Of a DNA stretch of 64,000 bases, positions 38,618 to 50,859 are shown piece after piece. Numbering within the stretch: position 1 is the stretch's first letter; every line of letters starts with the position of its first letter. Location of the stretch: NCBI GenBank assembly GCA_951406725.2, contig OX597815.1:191084001-191148000 (forward strand), in the 5' to 3' direction. This DNA comes from Octopus vulgaris. Its lineage: Eukaryota. The notes under the pieces are model-generated. The model did no database searches, had not been told where the DNA came from, and worked only from the letters and a program-made list of their open reading frames with translations. The position numbers and the translations under genes were made by a program.

Positions 38618-38953
38618 CAGTAGTACTTCGATTTTCGAACAACTCTGATCATGAATAAATCATGTTTGATATATATATATATATATATATGTTTATATAT
38701 TTGTTGTGCAAGATTTTTTATGTGAAGTTGTGTGTTGAAGCAGATATTGTTATATTTCGGAATGGTCATTTTGCAAGTTCAGCCAATAAAGTTTAGCCAT
38801 TATATATATATATATATATATAAAGCACGATTTATTCATGATCAGAGTCATTCATAAACTGAGGTACTACTGTATTAAATGAATATGAGAAAGACAGGAA
38901 ATAAAGTACAATTTATTCATATTCAGAGTTGTTCGAAAATCGAGGCTCTACTG
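38618..38953. mobile_element. pogo/Tigger-like MITE with duplicated right end and a (TA)n-flanked internal insert
   Basis: TA|CAGTAGTACTTCGATTTTCGAAC at the left; inverted ends ...gaggtactactg|TA (38872) and gttcgaaaatcgaggctctactg|TA (38953). Confidence 0.6.
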
Positions 38954-39620
38954 TATACATACATACATACATGCATGCATGCATGCATGCATACATATAT
39001 ACAGACAGACAGATATATTTATATATGCATCATGTACGAAAGTACATTAATAGTTTCATGCTTTAAGATACATTAAATTGGTAGATTTATATAACATGCC
39101 AAGTATCACCAAGCAGTATCTCAGGCTCAGCTCATAACATTAGATGTATTCGAAAACTAAGACACTAGTCTGTGAGAAAACATTAAAAAACAAGAAGAAA
39201 AATAAACACAAAAGAAAAGTAAGAAAATGGATGGAATATCTATCTCACAGATTTTGGTCTCCTTTCTCTCATATTATTCTGCGTCAGCTACATTAATTAT
39301 GGTTTCTACAGTCAAAGAGAATGAAGGTCTCCATTTTCTTACTTTTCTTTATATATGCATATACATGTATATCCTCGTCATCAACATTGTTTTAGCATCT
39401 ATTCTTACATGCTCACATGGGTCCAACAAGTGTATGTTGAGGCGGTTTTTCCATAGTTAGATGTCTTTCTTGTCACCCTCACCCCACACTTGTTTCAAAG
39501 TGAGATAATAATCTTCCAGTTTATTGAACAGCTAACAGCCCAGACATGTTTTCTTATTTCCATGTCTAGGTCTTTTATCTGAATATTTCCTTATCTAGAT
39601 CTTTCATATGTTCTCTACTT

Positions 39621-39697
39621 GTCTCTGATGACAGAATACCCCCATATTCAGGTATACTTGCCTATCACTTAGGACGTCCCAGAAACAGCCGTAAGAC
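39621..39697 (+). ncRNA. Hammerhead motif with extended stem II region, C3-G8 core
   Basis: gtct-CTGATGA-(50 nt)-GAAA-cagcc-GTA-agac. Stem I gtct/agac; stem III is one change from palindromic ACAGCTGT; stem II pairing is poor. Confidence 0.55.
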
Positions 39698-40186
39698 CTC
39701 AACTAATTTAAGAATAATATAAAATGATGTATATGACTTGAGATGTTTGTTATGCCTCAGCATTTGTTGTCCTCTTTCACAAATATATATCTGCTAAATC
39801 GGAAACCTAAAATGGATCCCTAGCTCCCATCTCAGTTACAAGCTTGGAACCCTGATAATCCGTTATAGCACTTACCCAGCATACCTATTCGTTTAGATCA
39901 CCAGTGAACTAAACTTGCATATTCTGTATATATATATATACAGCCTTGGTTTTTTATCTTATTACGCAAAAAATTCTTACATATACACACGCTAACATAG
40001 AACCAACGTTGAACCCTTTATTCGTAATATTACCAAATCTGGAACTTAACTATGGTCTGTCTACAGCACTTATTCAGCATTACCTGACACCTTTGGGTCT
40101 CAATGACACCATTATCTCTTATAACCTCAACTTCTCACTATTATATATATATAACCAAGGAAAAAGTAACAAGAATGGATCAGTAG

Positions 40187-40272
40187 TTTAGTACAATTGT
40201 TTCATACTAAGAACATTTTATTTAAAGCTGCAAATATTACAGCAAACATAATGTCAAGTATTCATCATATCT
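40187..40272 (-). ncRNA. Decayed hammerhead motif with long stem II
   Basis: Reverse complement: ATGATGA-atact...agtat-GAAA-caatt-GTA. Palindromic ACAATTGT; stem I is lost. Confidence 0.4.
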
Positions 40273-40383
40273 TGGTTATAATCACCCCACATAATTTTAT
40301 GGTTAATACCATAAAGAATTCTGGTGCATCTAAGTTAAGTACCATATTCATTTGAATTCATTTGAATCTTAATTGTTTTGCTG

Positions 40384-40437
<54 letters not shown>

Positions 40438-41124
40438 AGAGTAAGCACATAAATGTGTGAAACAAGCTGGGAGAAAATAGTACTCAAATACCAGAGGCAG
40501 AGTAATATGCTTTATTAATAAAGCAGCAAAGACATCACAAAAGCTGTTATCCAGAGTTTTATGTTCCCGTTTGCTGGACAGTTTTGGTTGAGAATGGAAT
40601 AAAAAAAAAAATGTCACTTGCAACATATATATGTATGTATCCACACACACACACACGCACACATACATATACGTATATAATGTCCCACCGACTTCAGGTT
40701 GGTTGAGCTGTGCAAAAATTCATTAGATCCATTCGACCATTTATTACTTATGTGTTACTCTTTGAAATACATACTGGTTTTACCTGTGAGTTATAGTAGA
40801 GTTCCTTCACCAGTGGAACTGCCATGTTTTTGAAGTCCCATTATGAAAGTGTAGATTGCCAGGAGTTTATGCTGATTATTGCAGTAAGAATACATCAAGT
40901 TTCTATCCTATCATGACATATATATATATATGTATATGTATGTTACGTTTTTATGCACCTTAAGTTTATGCAGTATGTATACATATATGTGTGTGTGTGT
41001 GTACATTTATCTGTATATAAGTTTTATAAAGGGAAAGTTTATGAAAATAAACAAAAGACGAAGGCAGGTGGAGTACAAACAAACAAATGTATTAGTATAG
41101 CGCTCAGGAATAGAAATAGAAAAA

Positions 41125-41164
41125 ATCTTTTACGTTTCGAGCCTACGCTCTTCGACAGAAAGAT
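41125..41164 (-). ncRNA. Minimal hammerhead motif, position-6 variant (CUGUCGA)
   Basis: Reverse complement: atcttt-CTGTCGA-a-gagc gtag gctc-GAAA-cg-TA-aaagat. Perfect 6-bp stem I and 4-bp stem II; palindromic ACGT; GUA site. Confidence 0.7.
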
Positions 41165-41279
41165 ACACAGAAAAAAATAAGGAGAGAAACAAGGACAGAA
41201 AAAAGGAGAGAAAAAAAAATATATATATAAGTTTTATATATATATCATCGTTTAACATCCACCTTCCATGTTCGCATGG

Positions 41280-41320
<41 letters not shown>

Positions 41321-41509
41321 CACTTTATTAATAAAGCTGCAAAGACATAAAAAAAAACTGTTACTCAGAGTTTCACGTTCCTGTTCATTGGAGAGTCTGG
41401 GTTTAGAATGGTGCAAAAATAAGGTTATATGTATACAATTACATTGATAGATGCACATTTGAAATTACATTGATATATGATATATCAATAAAGCATATTA
41501 CTCTGCCTC

Positions 41510-41555
<46 letters not shown>

Positions 41556-41609
41556 ATTTCCATGATTGGATGCCCTTCCTATATATGTGTGTGTGCATGG
41601 GAATGTGTG

Positions 41610-41660
<51 letters not shown>

Positions 41661-42575
41661 GCATGTATTTGTATATGTAAATATACGTATATTCATACAT
41701 ATACATATATACAAACATCTATGCACACATATACACACATGAGAATGTATTTGTGTGTGTGTGTCTGTATATATATATAGATATATATTGCATATTCGTA
41801 CAAATGCATATATGCAAATATCTATACACACATACACACACATGTGAATGTATTTGTGTGTGTGTATATATATATACATATATACACATACATTCACACA
41901 CACACACACATACATATATATTTATTAAAAAAAACATATATATATATTCAATAGCCCTTCTTGTCAATTTCAGCTTATAAACATTTTCATGCCCCTTATC
42001 CAGTTCAACACACTCGTGTACCTTTGATAGTGTGGTGTTGCCTCTATGAATATAAGACATGCAATGCTTGCCCAAGATAATACTGACAGCAAATAACAAT
42101 GTTAATTTGTCATTTTTATGACAACCAGCTGGGAAAATAATGAATACATGCTATATGTACTCTACTTCACTTAGATGGCTTTATCTTTTAACGCTACTTG
42201 CCTTGTCTTCATTTCCAGGAATTGTCCTTCTCTTTACATAATTTTCAAGAAGAATCAGCATGGCAACGCTGGATCTTTGGATTTCACTGACCCGTCCCTC
42301 ACACACGCATCTACATATTGGCATTTGTCTGTGTGTGTATGTATACTATATATGTGTGTATGTGCATGCATACATATACATATATAAACATATATATACT
42401 GTTGTAAATTTTAAATGCCATTTGTTTTTACTTTGATACATTTATACACACACACACACACATATATATACATATGTATAGATCATCATCATCATTTTAA
42501 CGTCCACTTTTCCAGACTTGTGCAGGTGAGACAGAGTTTATTGAGGCAAATATTTCCATAGTTAGATGCCCTTCC

Positions 42576-42607
<32 letters not shown>

Positions 42608-43179
42608 CATTAACATGTGTGTATTTATATATAGATAGACAGATAGATTCATAGATATACACACACACACACACATACACATCAACACATAAAGAAATAG
42701 ACTGATTGCAAAAAATATTTAAAACAGCTTATAGCACCCTAGGAGTAATGTTGTAAAACAAAATTGTACAGCATCATTTATAGAATTCTTCATAAAATTC
42801 TTCAAAACTGCAACTACATGCATCCATGAACATGAAAATCTTCGTTTAATTAAAATTAATTCTGTGAGTGTTTGCTGCACGCTGTTATGTTCTGTGTGTA
42901 TGTATGTGTCATTTCTGTTTGTGTGTGTGTGGCAGTGTCTCAGTATACATACACACATATACATAACATAGATATACATAGACACACACACACACACACA
43001 TGCAAAAATCTGTGCATATATTAATACATTCAAAGTTACATATATACATTCAAACATGCATACATACATGCAAACAAACATACACACACATATATGTATA
43101 TCTAACTCAATACATATGCATATTTATATATGTATATGTATGTATGTGTATATATATCTATATATATATCCATCTTTAT

Positions 43180-43214
<35 letters not shown>

Positions 43215-43321
43215 CAGACTTGTGCATATACATACAAGTATATTTGTATTTATACGTATGTATTTATATATACATGTAATTATACATATGTATTTGCGTG
43301 GCTGCAGAAACTCACACACAC

Positions 43322-43563
43322 GCAAAAGCACCATCCGTTCGTGTCCGTTGCCAGCCTCGCCTGGCCCCCGTGCAGGTGGCACGTAAAAAGCACCCACTAC
43401 ACTCACGGAGTGGTTGGCGTTAGGAAGGGCATCCAGCCGTAGAAACACTGCCAAATCTGACTGGGCCTGATGAAGCCTTCCGGCTTCACAGACCCCAGTT
43501 AAACCGTCCAACCCATGCTAGCATGGAAAACGGACGCTAAATGATGATGATGATGATGATGAT
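43322..43563 (+). mobile_element. Family C SINE
   Basis: Conserved core and (gat)n tail. Confidence 0.9.
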
Positions 43564-44094
43564 ATATATATATATCTCATATAAATGAAATTTACTTAGA
43601 AAATTATATATTTATGTTTGTTTGCCTATATTTGGTTAAGTTTCATCCATGTCATAGTCTGATACAGGTGTTTGTGAGTATGTCAACGAACTTCACTGAA
43701 ATGAGTGTAGAGTTTGGCAAAGAGAATGCGAACTTTCAAATTCAAATTTCATATTTTTCCAAAACTCTTGCACAACTATCTTTTGTTTTCGAACATTTTT
43801 ACATCATATTTATCCAATATACAAACATTAATGTATAGCTAATATATACATATATATATGTGTGAATATATAGACAGATAGATTGATAGTCAAACAGACA
43901 CAATATTTTATTTAAATCCATCGTTAGCTAGCTGTACATGCACCCACAACACACACACGCACGCATGTGCAAATTATCTTGAAATCAATTGAATTTTAAA
44001 TATAAATAAGTAAAAAAATTTTAATTTATATACTCATTCATTGATCTCTTGTTTAACCTGTTTATTCTTCTACATACATTGTGTGCGTATATAA

Positions 44095-44700
44095 ATATGT
44101 ATGTATATACATACATATATATATGTATATATATGTATGTATATACATGCATACCTATATATGTATGTATATACATGCATACCTATATATGTATGTATAT
44201 ACATGCATACATATATATATATATATGTACATACATGCATACATATATATATATATATATATATGTACATACATGCATACATATATATATGTACATACAT
44301 GCATACATATATATATATATATGTACATACATGCATACATATATATATATATATGTACATACATGCATACATATATATATATGTACATACATGCATACAT
44401 ATATATATATATGTACATACATGCATACATATGTATATATGTACATACATGCATACATATATATATATGTACATACATGCATGCATATATATATACACAC
44501 ACACACATTTATATACATATATAAACACATATATATATATATACACACATATATATACACACACATGTATATATATAAACACATACATATATATACACAT
44601 ATATATACACATATACATATATATATATACATATATGTACACATGCACATATATATATATACATATACACACACACACATCTATATATACACATATGTAT
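44095..44700. repeat. Minisatellite built on (TA)n, unit gtacatacatgcatacat(at)n
   Basis: About a dozen units at 44140-44490 with variable (AT) length, grading into (CA/TA)n. Confidence 0.9.
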
Positions 44701-45104
44701 ATGTTATTGAAAGGGAGAGCGGGGAGAGAGAGAGAGAAGCGTGTACTTTGTATTATGTCACAAATTTTTCTTTTCTTTTGTTTATAATTCCGAAAACACC
44801 TGATGTTGTGGTGACTGCATCTTTGCAGTTGCTGCGTGCTGATGCATATCACACCACGATATGCATGTGCATGCGATCGCCCGTGTATGTTGTATGTGCA
44901 ATTAAAATGAATGTGCAGATGCAAAACTAAAAGGGGAAAATTTAAAGAAAAGAAAGAAACAGTTTCTGAAATGATTGCTTATTATTCTATCAATGAAAGT
45001 AAAGAACATTTAAAGAAGGAGAAAAAAAAAAAAGCAGAAATTCCTAACTTGAATTTTTTTGTTTTGTAAGGAACTAATTCTACTGTGAAATGCATTTAAC
45101 TCAC

Positions 45105-45119
45105 CTTGGTCTTATCCAT
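45105..45119 (-). CDS. Candidate first coding exon end (ATG GAT AAG ACC AAG|gtgagt; MDKTK)
   Basis: Consensus donor AAG|GTGAGT; gacATGG start context; unique sequence downstream of a GA-rich tract; no downstream exon identified. Confidence 0.3.
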
Positions 45120-45487
45120 GTCTGCTGTGCTACAAGGGTTGTCAACATATGTGCTTTTTAAATTCTCCCTGAATAGAGGGAGAAACATCTTGCAGTAATC
45201 GATAACATGTGTGTAAACATGAATCCAACGGAAGATAAGAATGACTAAATGATGCTGTTGCTGTATCTGTAATAATGCACTGTCTTTCTTTTTCTCCACC
45301 ACCGCACCACCACCACCACCCCGCCTCCCTGCTTGACCCCTCAGCCCTCTATTGCTATAGCACTTTCCTTCTATCACACTCTCTCTCTCTCTGTCTCTTT
45401 CTCTCAAGTACTATTGGTATTTCTTTGTCTCTCCCTCCCTCCCTCCCTACCCCTTCCCTTTAAGTCTCTCTCACCTCTCTCTCTCTT

Positions 45488-45534
<47 letters not shown>

Positions 45535-45660
45535 GTTTGACTGAAAGTGCTGCCATTTATTTCCTCAATCACAACTGCCAGCACTGTTTGCATATATGGA
45601 ATAAGTATTATTTGCGGTATTATTTGTAATAACAATAATAATAGTAATAATAATAATAAT

Positions 45661-45861
45661 CATCATCATCATCGTTTAACGTCCGTTTTCCATGCTAGCA
45701 TGGGTTGGACGGTTCAACTGGGGTCTGGGAAACCAGAAGGCTGCACCAGGCCCAGTCTGATCTGGCAGTGTTTCTACACCTGGATGCCCTTCCTAACGCC
45801 AACCACTCCGTGAATGTAGTGGGTGCTTTTTACGTGCCACCTGCACAGGTGCCAGACGAGG

Positions 45862-45865
<4 letters not shown>
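45661..45865 (-). mobile_element. Family C SINE
   Basis: Inverted relative to, and of the same subtype as, 43322-43563. Confidence 0.9.
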
Positions 45866-45894
<29 letters not shown>

Positions 45895-46840
45895 TTAAAA
45901 TTTTGACACAAGAGCAGTCATTTTGTGGGGAGGGGATGAGTCGATTACATCGACCCCAGTGTTCAACTGGGACTTACTTTATCAACCCCGAAAGGATGAA
46001 AGGTAGATCCTTTCTACTTAAGGCACGAGGTCTGAAAATTAGGAGAGAGGGGTAGTCGATCGTATCAACCCAGTACTCAACTGGTACTTATTTCACCACC
46101 CTGAAAGGGTGAAAGGCAAAGTCAACCTCGGGATTTGAACTCCAAAAGTAAAGATGGACGAAATTCTATAATTCATTTTGCCCTGGAGGCTTACGATTCT
46201 GCCAGCTCGCAACCTTAATAATAATAATGATAATCTTTTCTACTCTATGCACAAGACCCGAAATTTTGGGGAGGGAACCAATCGATATGATTGACCCCAG
46301 TATGCAACTGGTACTTATTTATCAACCCCGAAAGGAAGAAAGGCAAAGATTTGAACTCATAACATAGCAGCAGACAAAATACCTCTAAGCATTTCACCCA
46401 GCGTGCTAATATAATAATAATCATAATAATAATTTTTTCTACTCTAGGCACAAGGCCTGAAATGTTTGGGGAAGGGGGCCAGTTGATTAACTCAATCTCA
46501 GTACACAACTGGTACTTAATTTATCAACCCCGAAAGGATGAAAGTCAAAGTCAACCCTGGCGGGATTTGAACTCAGAATGTAGCAGCAGATGAAATACTG
46601 CTAAGCATTTCGCCCAGCATGCTAATATGATAATAATAATAATAATATTTTCTACTCTAGGCACAAGGCCTGAAATGTTTGGGGAGGTGGGGCAGTCGAT
46701 TAGATCGACCCCAGTATGCAACTGGTACTTAATTTATCAACCCTGCAAGGATGAAAGACAAAGTCGATCCCAGCAGGATTTGAACTCAGAATGTAGCAGC
46801 AGACAAAATACCACTAAGCATTTCGCCAAGCATGCTAATA
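45895..46840 (-). mobile_element. Head-to-tail array of ~5 family B SINEs linked by (AAT)n
   Basis: Repeated tttctactcta.gcacaagg...gaccccagt...caactggtactta...ggatgaaa...gatttgaactc...gctaat units of ~190-210 bp. Confidence 0.9.
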
Positions 46841-46922
46841 TGATGATGATGATGATGATAATAATAATATTAATAATAATAATAATAATCAGAAGAATAT
46901 AAGTTGTCCTTATTAATATTAT

Positions 46923-47140
46923 TAAGGCAGCAAGCTGGCAGAATCATTCGTGCATTGGACAAAAAGCTTAGTGGTATTTTTTCTAGTTCCTTCCAGTTTG
47001 AGTTCAAATTCTACTGAGATCAACTTTGCTTTGTATTCTTTCAGAGTCCGTAAAGGAAGTACTCATTGAGCACTGGGGTTAATGTAATCAACTTTCCACC
47101 TCTCCCTAAAACTGCTGGCCTTGTGCCTATAGCAGAAAGA
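46923..47140 (+). mobile_element. Family B SINE, inverted relative to the adjacent array
   Basis: aaggcagcaagctggcagaatc...gagttcaaattc...ctggggttaatgtaatcaact. Confidence 0.8.
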
Positions 47141-47207
47141 ATTAGTATTATAAACTCTTATTCAGTATATGCAAACAGTGTTGGTATTTATGATTTTTGA
47201 AACTATA

Positions 47208-47596
47208 GTGCCCATGCTAGTAGGGTGCCAAGAGCACCATCCAAGCGTGATCGTTGCCAGAGCGGCTAACTGGCTTCCGTTCCGGTGGCACGTAAAAGGC
47301 ATCATTCGAGTGTGATCGTTACCAGCATCGCCTTACTGGCTCCTGTGCCGGTGGCATGTGTAAAAAGATTCGAGCGAGGTCGTTGCCAGTACCGCCCGAC
47401 TGGCCCCTGTGCCGGTGGCACGTAAAAAGCACCCACTACGCTCTCGGAGTGACTGGCATTAGGAAGGGCATCCAGCTGTAGAAACTCTGCCAGATCAAGA
47501 TTGGAGCCTGGTGCAGCCATCTGGTTCGCCAGCCCTCAGTCAAAATCGTCCAACCCATGCTAGCATGGAAAGCGGATGTTAAACGATGATGATGAT
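47208..47596 (+). mobile_element. Family C SINE, long form
   Basis: Reverse complement of the 35928-36500 type. Confidence 0.9.
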
Positions 47597-48199
47597 AGTA
47601 GAAAGAATTGGTATTATTATTTCTAAGGTATCCACAAGGCCATACATTGGGAGAGAAGAGGTTAGTTAATCAAATAAACTCCAGTATTTGGCTAGTATTT
47701 AACTTAACCAACATGGGAAGGCAGAAAGGTAAAGTTGATCTGGGAGACATAAAGGCTGTTTTCACAAGTGTAAGAGTAAAATCTTTGGAAGATCAAATAC
47801 TCATTTGAGTTAAATTGACCAAAAAAATTAACCTCCTGCTTGAAAATCACCTGAGTGTTGAACCAAAACACCTGTGATATTTAGTTATGACCATTTCTAT
47901 TCTGACTTCAAATCCTGCTGTAGCAGGCTGTGCCTGTTATCCTCCTGAAGACTTGATAAAATGAGGTACCCTGTATATGAGGTAAGCATAGTTTATATCT
48001 GTTTTGAGATGATGGCCACAGAATACTGTTAGTAGCTTCCTATTTTTGTCCAACTTCTTCAATTCCTTTAACATAGTTATATTAATTTTGTCGTATATAA
48101 CTGTGATGGTTAGTGTATTTATGCTTATTATCTTATTTCTAGCACTGAATTCAGTTTTTAATATTAGTCCTGTTTTTAATACCAGAGTTTAGCAAAATA

Positions 48200-50500
48200 A
48201 TAAAAATGGATAAGTCTCTCTCTCTCCTAAGGTCCCTCTTCCTATGGATATAGGGCTGGTTTTAATCATTTTCCCTTTGTCTTTTGTTGATATGTTGACT
48301 TTCCACTTTCACATGGCAAAATTGATGTGAATAGTTAATATTGACATCTCTTTTCATGGACTGTTTCAAGGTTCCCACAATGTGGGATATGCTATTAAAT
48401 GCTTTCCAGTTATCAATCCTGGCTAAACTAAAGTTTTTCCTCTTTTTACTGTTCTTCTGTTATCACCATTTCACCTGTCGCTGTTCTTTAAAGTCATGCA
48501 TCTCTTTCTGGCTTCCTTTCTATTCTTCTGTTAATATATCATTGCCCTTTGAGTATGTAACCGGTATGTTACAGAATAAACATTTGGAGCTGGCAGAAAC
48601 GTTAGCATGCCGGGCGAAATGCGTAGCCGTATTTCGTCTGCCGTTACGTTCTGGGTTCAAATTCTGCCGAGGTCGACTTTGCCTTTCATCCTTTGAGTCC
48701 TTGCAAAACCCATTGCAGCTACATTTTCAGAGCTTTCTCGCAAATGGTAAGCTCTCAGACAAGGCGGCGAGCTGGCAGAATTGTTAGCACGCCGGACGAA
48801 ATACTTAGAGGTATTTCGTCTGCCGTTACGTTCTGAGTTCAAATTCCGCCGAGGTCGACTTTGCCTTTCATCCTTTCGGGGTCGATAAATTAAGTACCAC
48901 TAACGCACTGGGGTCGATATAATCGACTTAATCCGTTTGTCAGTCCTTGTTTGTCCTCTCTGTGTTTAGCCCCTTGTGTGTAGTAAAGAAATAGGTATTT
49001 CGTCCGCCGCTGAGTTCTGAGTTCAAATTCCGCCGAGGTCGACTTTGCCTTTCATCCTTTCGGGGTCGATAAATTAAGTACCAGTTACGCACTGGGGTCG
49101 ATCTAATCGACTTAATCCGTTTGTCTGTCCTTGTTTGTCCCCTCTGTGGGTAGTAAAGATACAAATAAACATTTGGAGTTTTTTATGTTGGCATGTAAGT
49201 TATAAGCTTATTTTTTAAGGGAACCCATGGAACTTTTGTGGAATCAGTGTTATTCACTTCTCTAGCACCTATACACATATTGATTTTGGTCTGCTTACCA
49301 GTTCATTGAATGTTACTGCTACATATTCATAGGTGGTGGTCAGTTGCTTTAATCAGGAATTTTGTCAGTCCTAAATGCTTTCCATTTGCTTTTAATATAT
49401 TGGTCTTAATATATTGGTAAGTTCTTTACTGGTTATAGTGGGCCATACATGAGATGCTATCATATATATATATATGTGGGGCAGGGGGGTATTTTTTCTT
49501 TCTTTCTAATCCATTGTACTTTTTATTTTATTATACTAAATTTCTTTTTTCACCCATATTTCCACTTCATACGCTTCAATTTCTTTTGATTTCTACATTC
49601 CCTCCAGGGCTTTGTATTCTGCGAAATGTTTAAGTGTTCATTCGCATACCTTATTCTCTTAGAAGCACTCACAGTTTTTCAAAGCATCTTATCCTATTTG
49701 CTTTTTACTGACACAGTTGGTTTCAGCTTTACTTTTACCACATCTAGAGAACATCTATTTCTTTTATTGATATCATACTTTTTTTTTTATCCATATGTTG
49801 ACTCCGTCTCTTTTCAATGAAAGGCTAGGGCTTTACATTTATATATATATATATTTTTTTCAATTTATGTAGTATATTTGCTTTCTTTTTCTTTCATGGA
49901 ATGTGAACTCAAGAAGGTCTGACCCTATTAATGCCAAACCTGTTGTCCCTTGATATTATCAGTACTACAAATATATTGCATTACTCCGTATCTTTATTTT
50001 GAAGTAGTTCATTTCCATGGAGAGAATTTCTTATGGAGCCTTCTTACATTTATTTACTCTTCCATAGAGCTGCTTGTTCATATGTAACTTGAGCAGATGT
50101 TTACATTCATCCACGTTCATCTCTTGTTCCTTTCTATTTTCTTTATTGTTTCTCCTAATTCCTCCTCAATGTTAACTTCCGTTGATTCGCTGTCATGTGT
50201 GTTTTTATTGTTTGTTGTTCAAAGTGAGGCTGGAGGTATACATTTGTTGTGACTGCATTTCGCTGAATGTTTCCATGGTGACTTCTATAGCTTTCATTAT
50301 CATTTTGGATTTTAGTTATAATTTCTTTTTTCATTCTGTCTATTTTTGATTTGTTGTAACACCTTGTTTCCTCTGCTGTAGTTGTTCTCTAAGATTTCCA
50401 CTATGTTTTGAGGGCTCATCTATTGTCTCTCATCTCTGTTGTGCTGCTTTCTTTTTTCTTTCATTTTTAAAAAAAATTTTTTAACAGAATCTTATATGTT
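48200..50500 (-). mobile_element. Heavily decayed non-LTR retrotransposon (probably R4/Dong-type) RT region, interrupted by SINEs
   Basis: Minus-strand remnants resembling SLA.ID..KAF.SI.H (~48380-48430) and N..LIT.MPT (YRPITC-like, ~49185-49215); boundaries are approximate. Confidence 0.5.
48590..49163 (+). mobile_element. Composite family B SINE insertion (three units plus an unrelated spacer) under one 15-bp TSD
   Basis: TSD aataaacatttggag at 48575-48589 and 49164-49178; the units are CpG-rich and young. Confidence 0.85.
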
Positions 50501-50859
50501 TTTTCTTTATGTCTTTGCAAGCTAGCAGAATAATTACCACACCAGGCAAAATGCTTAGCAACATGCTGTCTGTCTATATGTCCTGAGTTCAAATTCCATT
50601 GAGATTAACTTTGCATTTCATCCTTTCAGAGTCGATAAAATAAGTACCAGTTGAAGACTGGGGTGAATGTAATCAACTTGCCTTTCATCTAAAATGCCAA
50701 AATTTTAAACCATTATTATTATAAAATGAATACCAGTTGTGCAATGGGGTTGATATAATCAACTTACCCCCTCCCTTCAGAATTTCAGGCCTTGTGCCTA
50801 TACCCTGAAGGATTATTATTATCATCATCATCATTATTTCTCTTTATCACAGGTTTCAT

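Noticed and set aside
38740-38790. Hammerhead-like motif in a (TA)n-flanked insert
   Set aside because: GAAA and a stem I-like pairing are present, but no interpretable core or stem II.
41950-42330. Unique island between microsatellites with possible splice sites
   Set aside because: Short open frames on both strands, none recognisable; coding status cannot be supported.
44049-44930. Longest ORFs (293 and 284 aa)
   Set aside because: Translations of a TA/CA minisatellite that lacks stop codons; the same applies to the ORFs at 36639-37215 and 41562-43442.
45895-46840. CRISPR-like regularly spaced repeats
   Set aside because: Eukaryotic SINE array; ~200 bp homologous units, no unique spacers and no cas genes.
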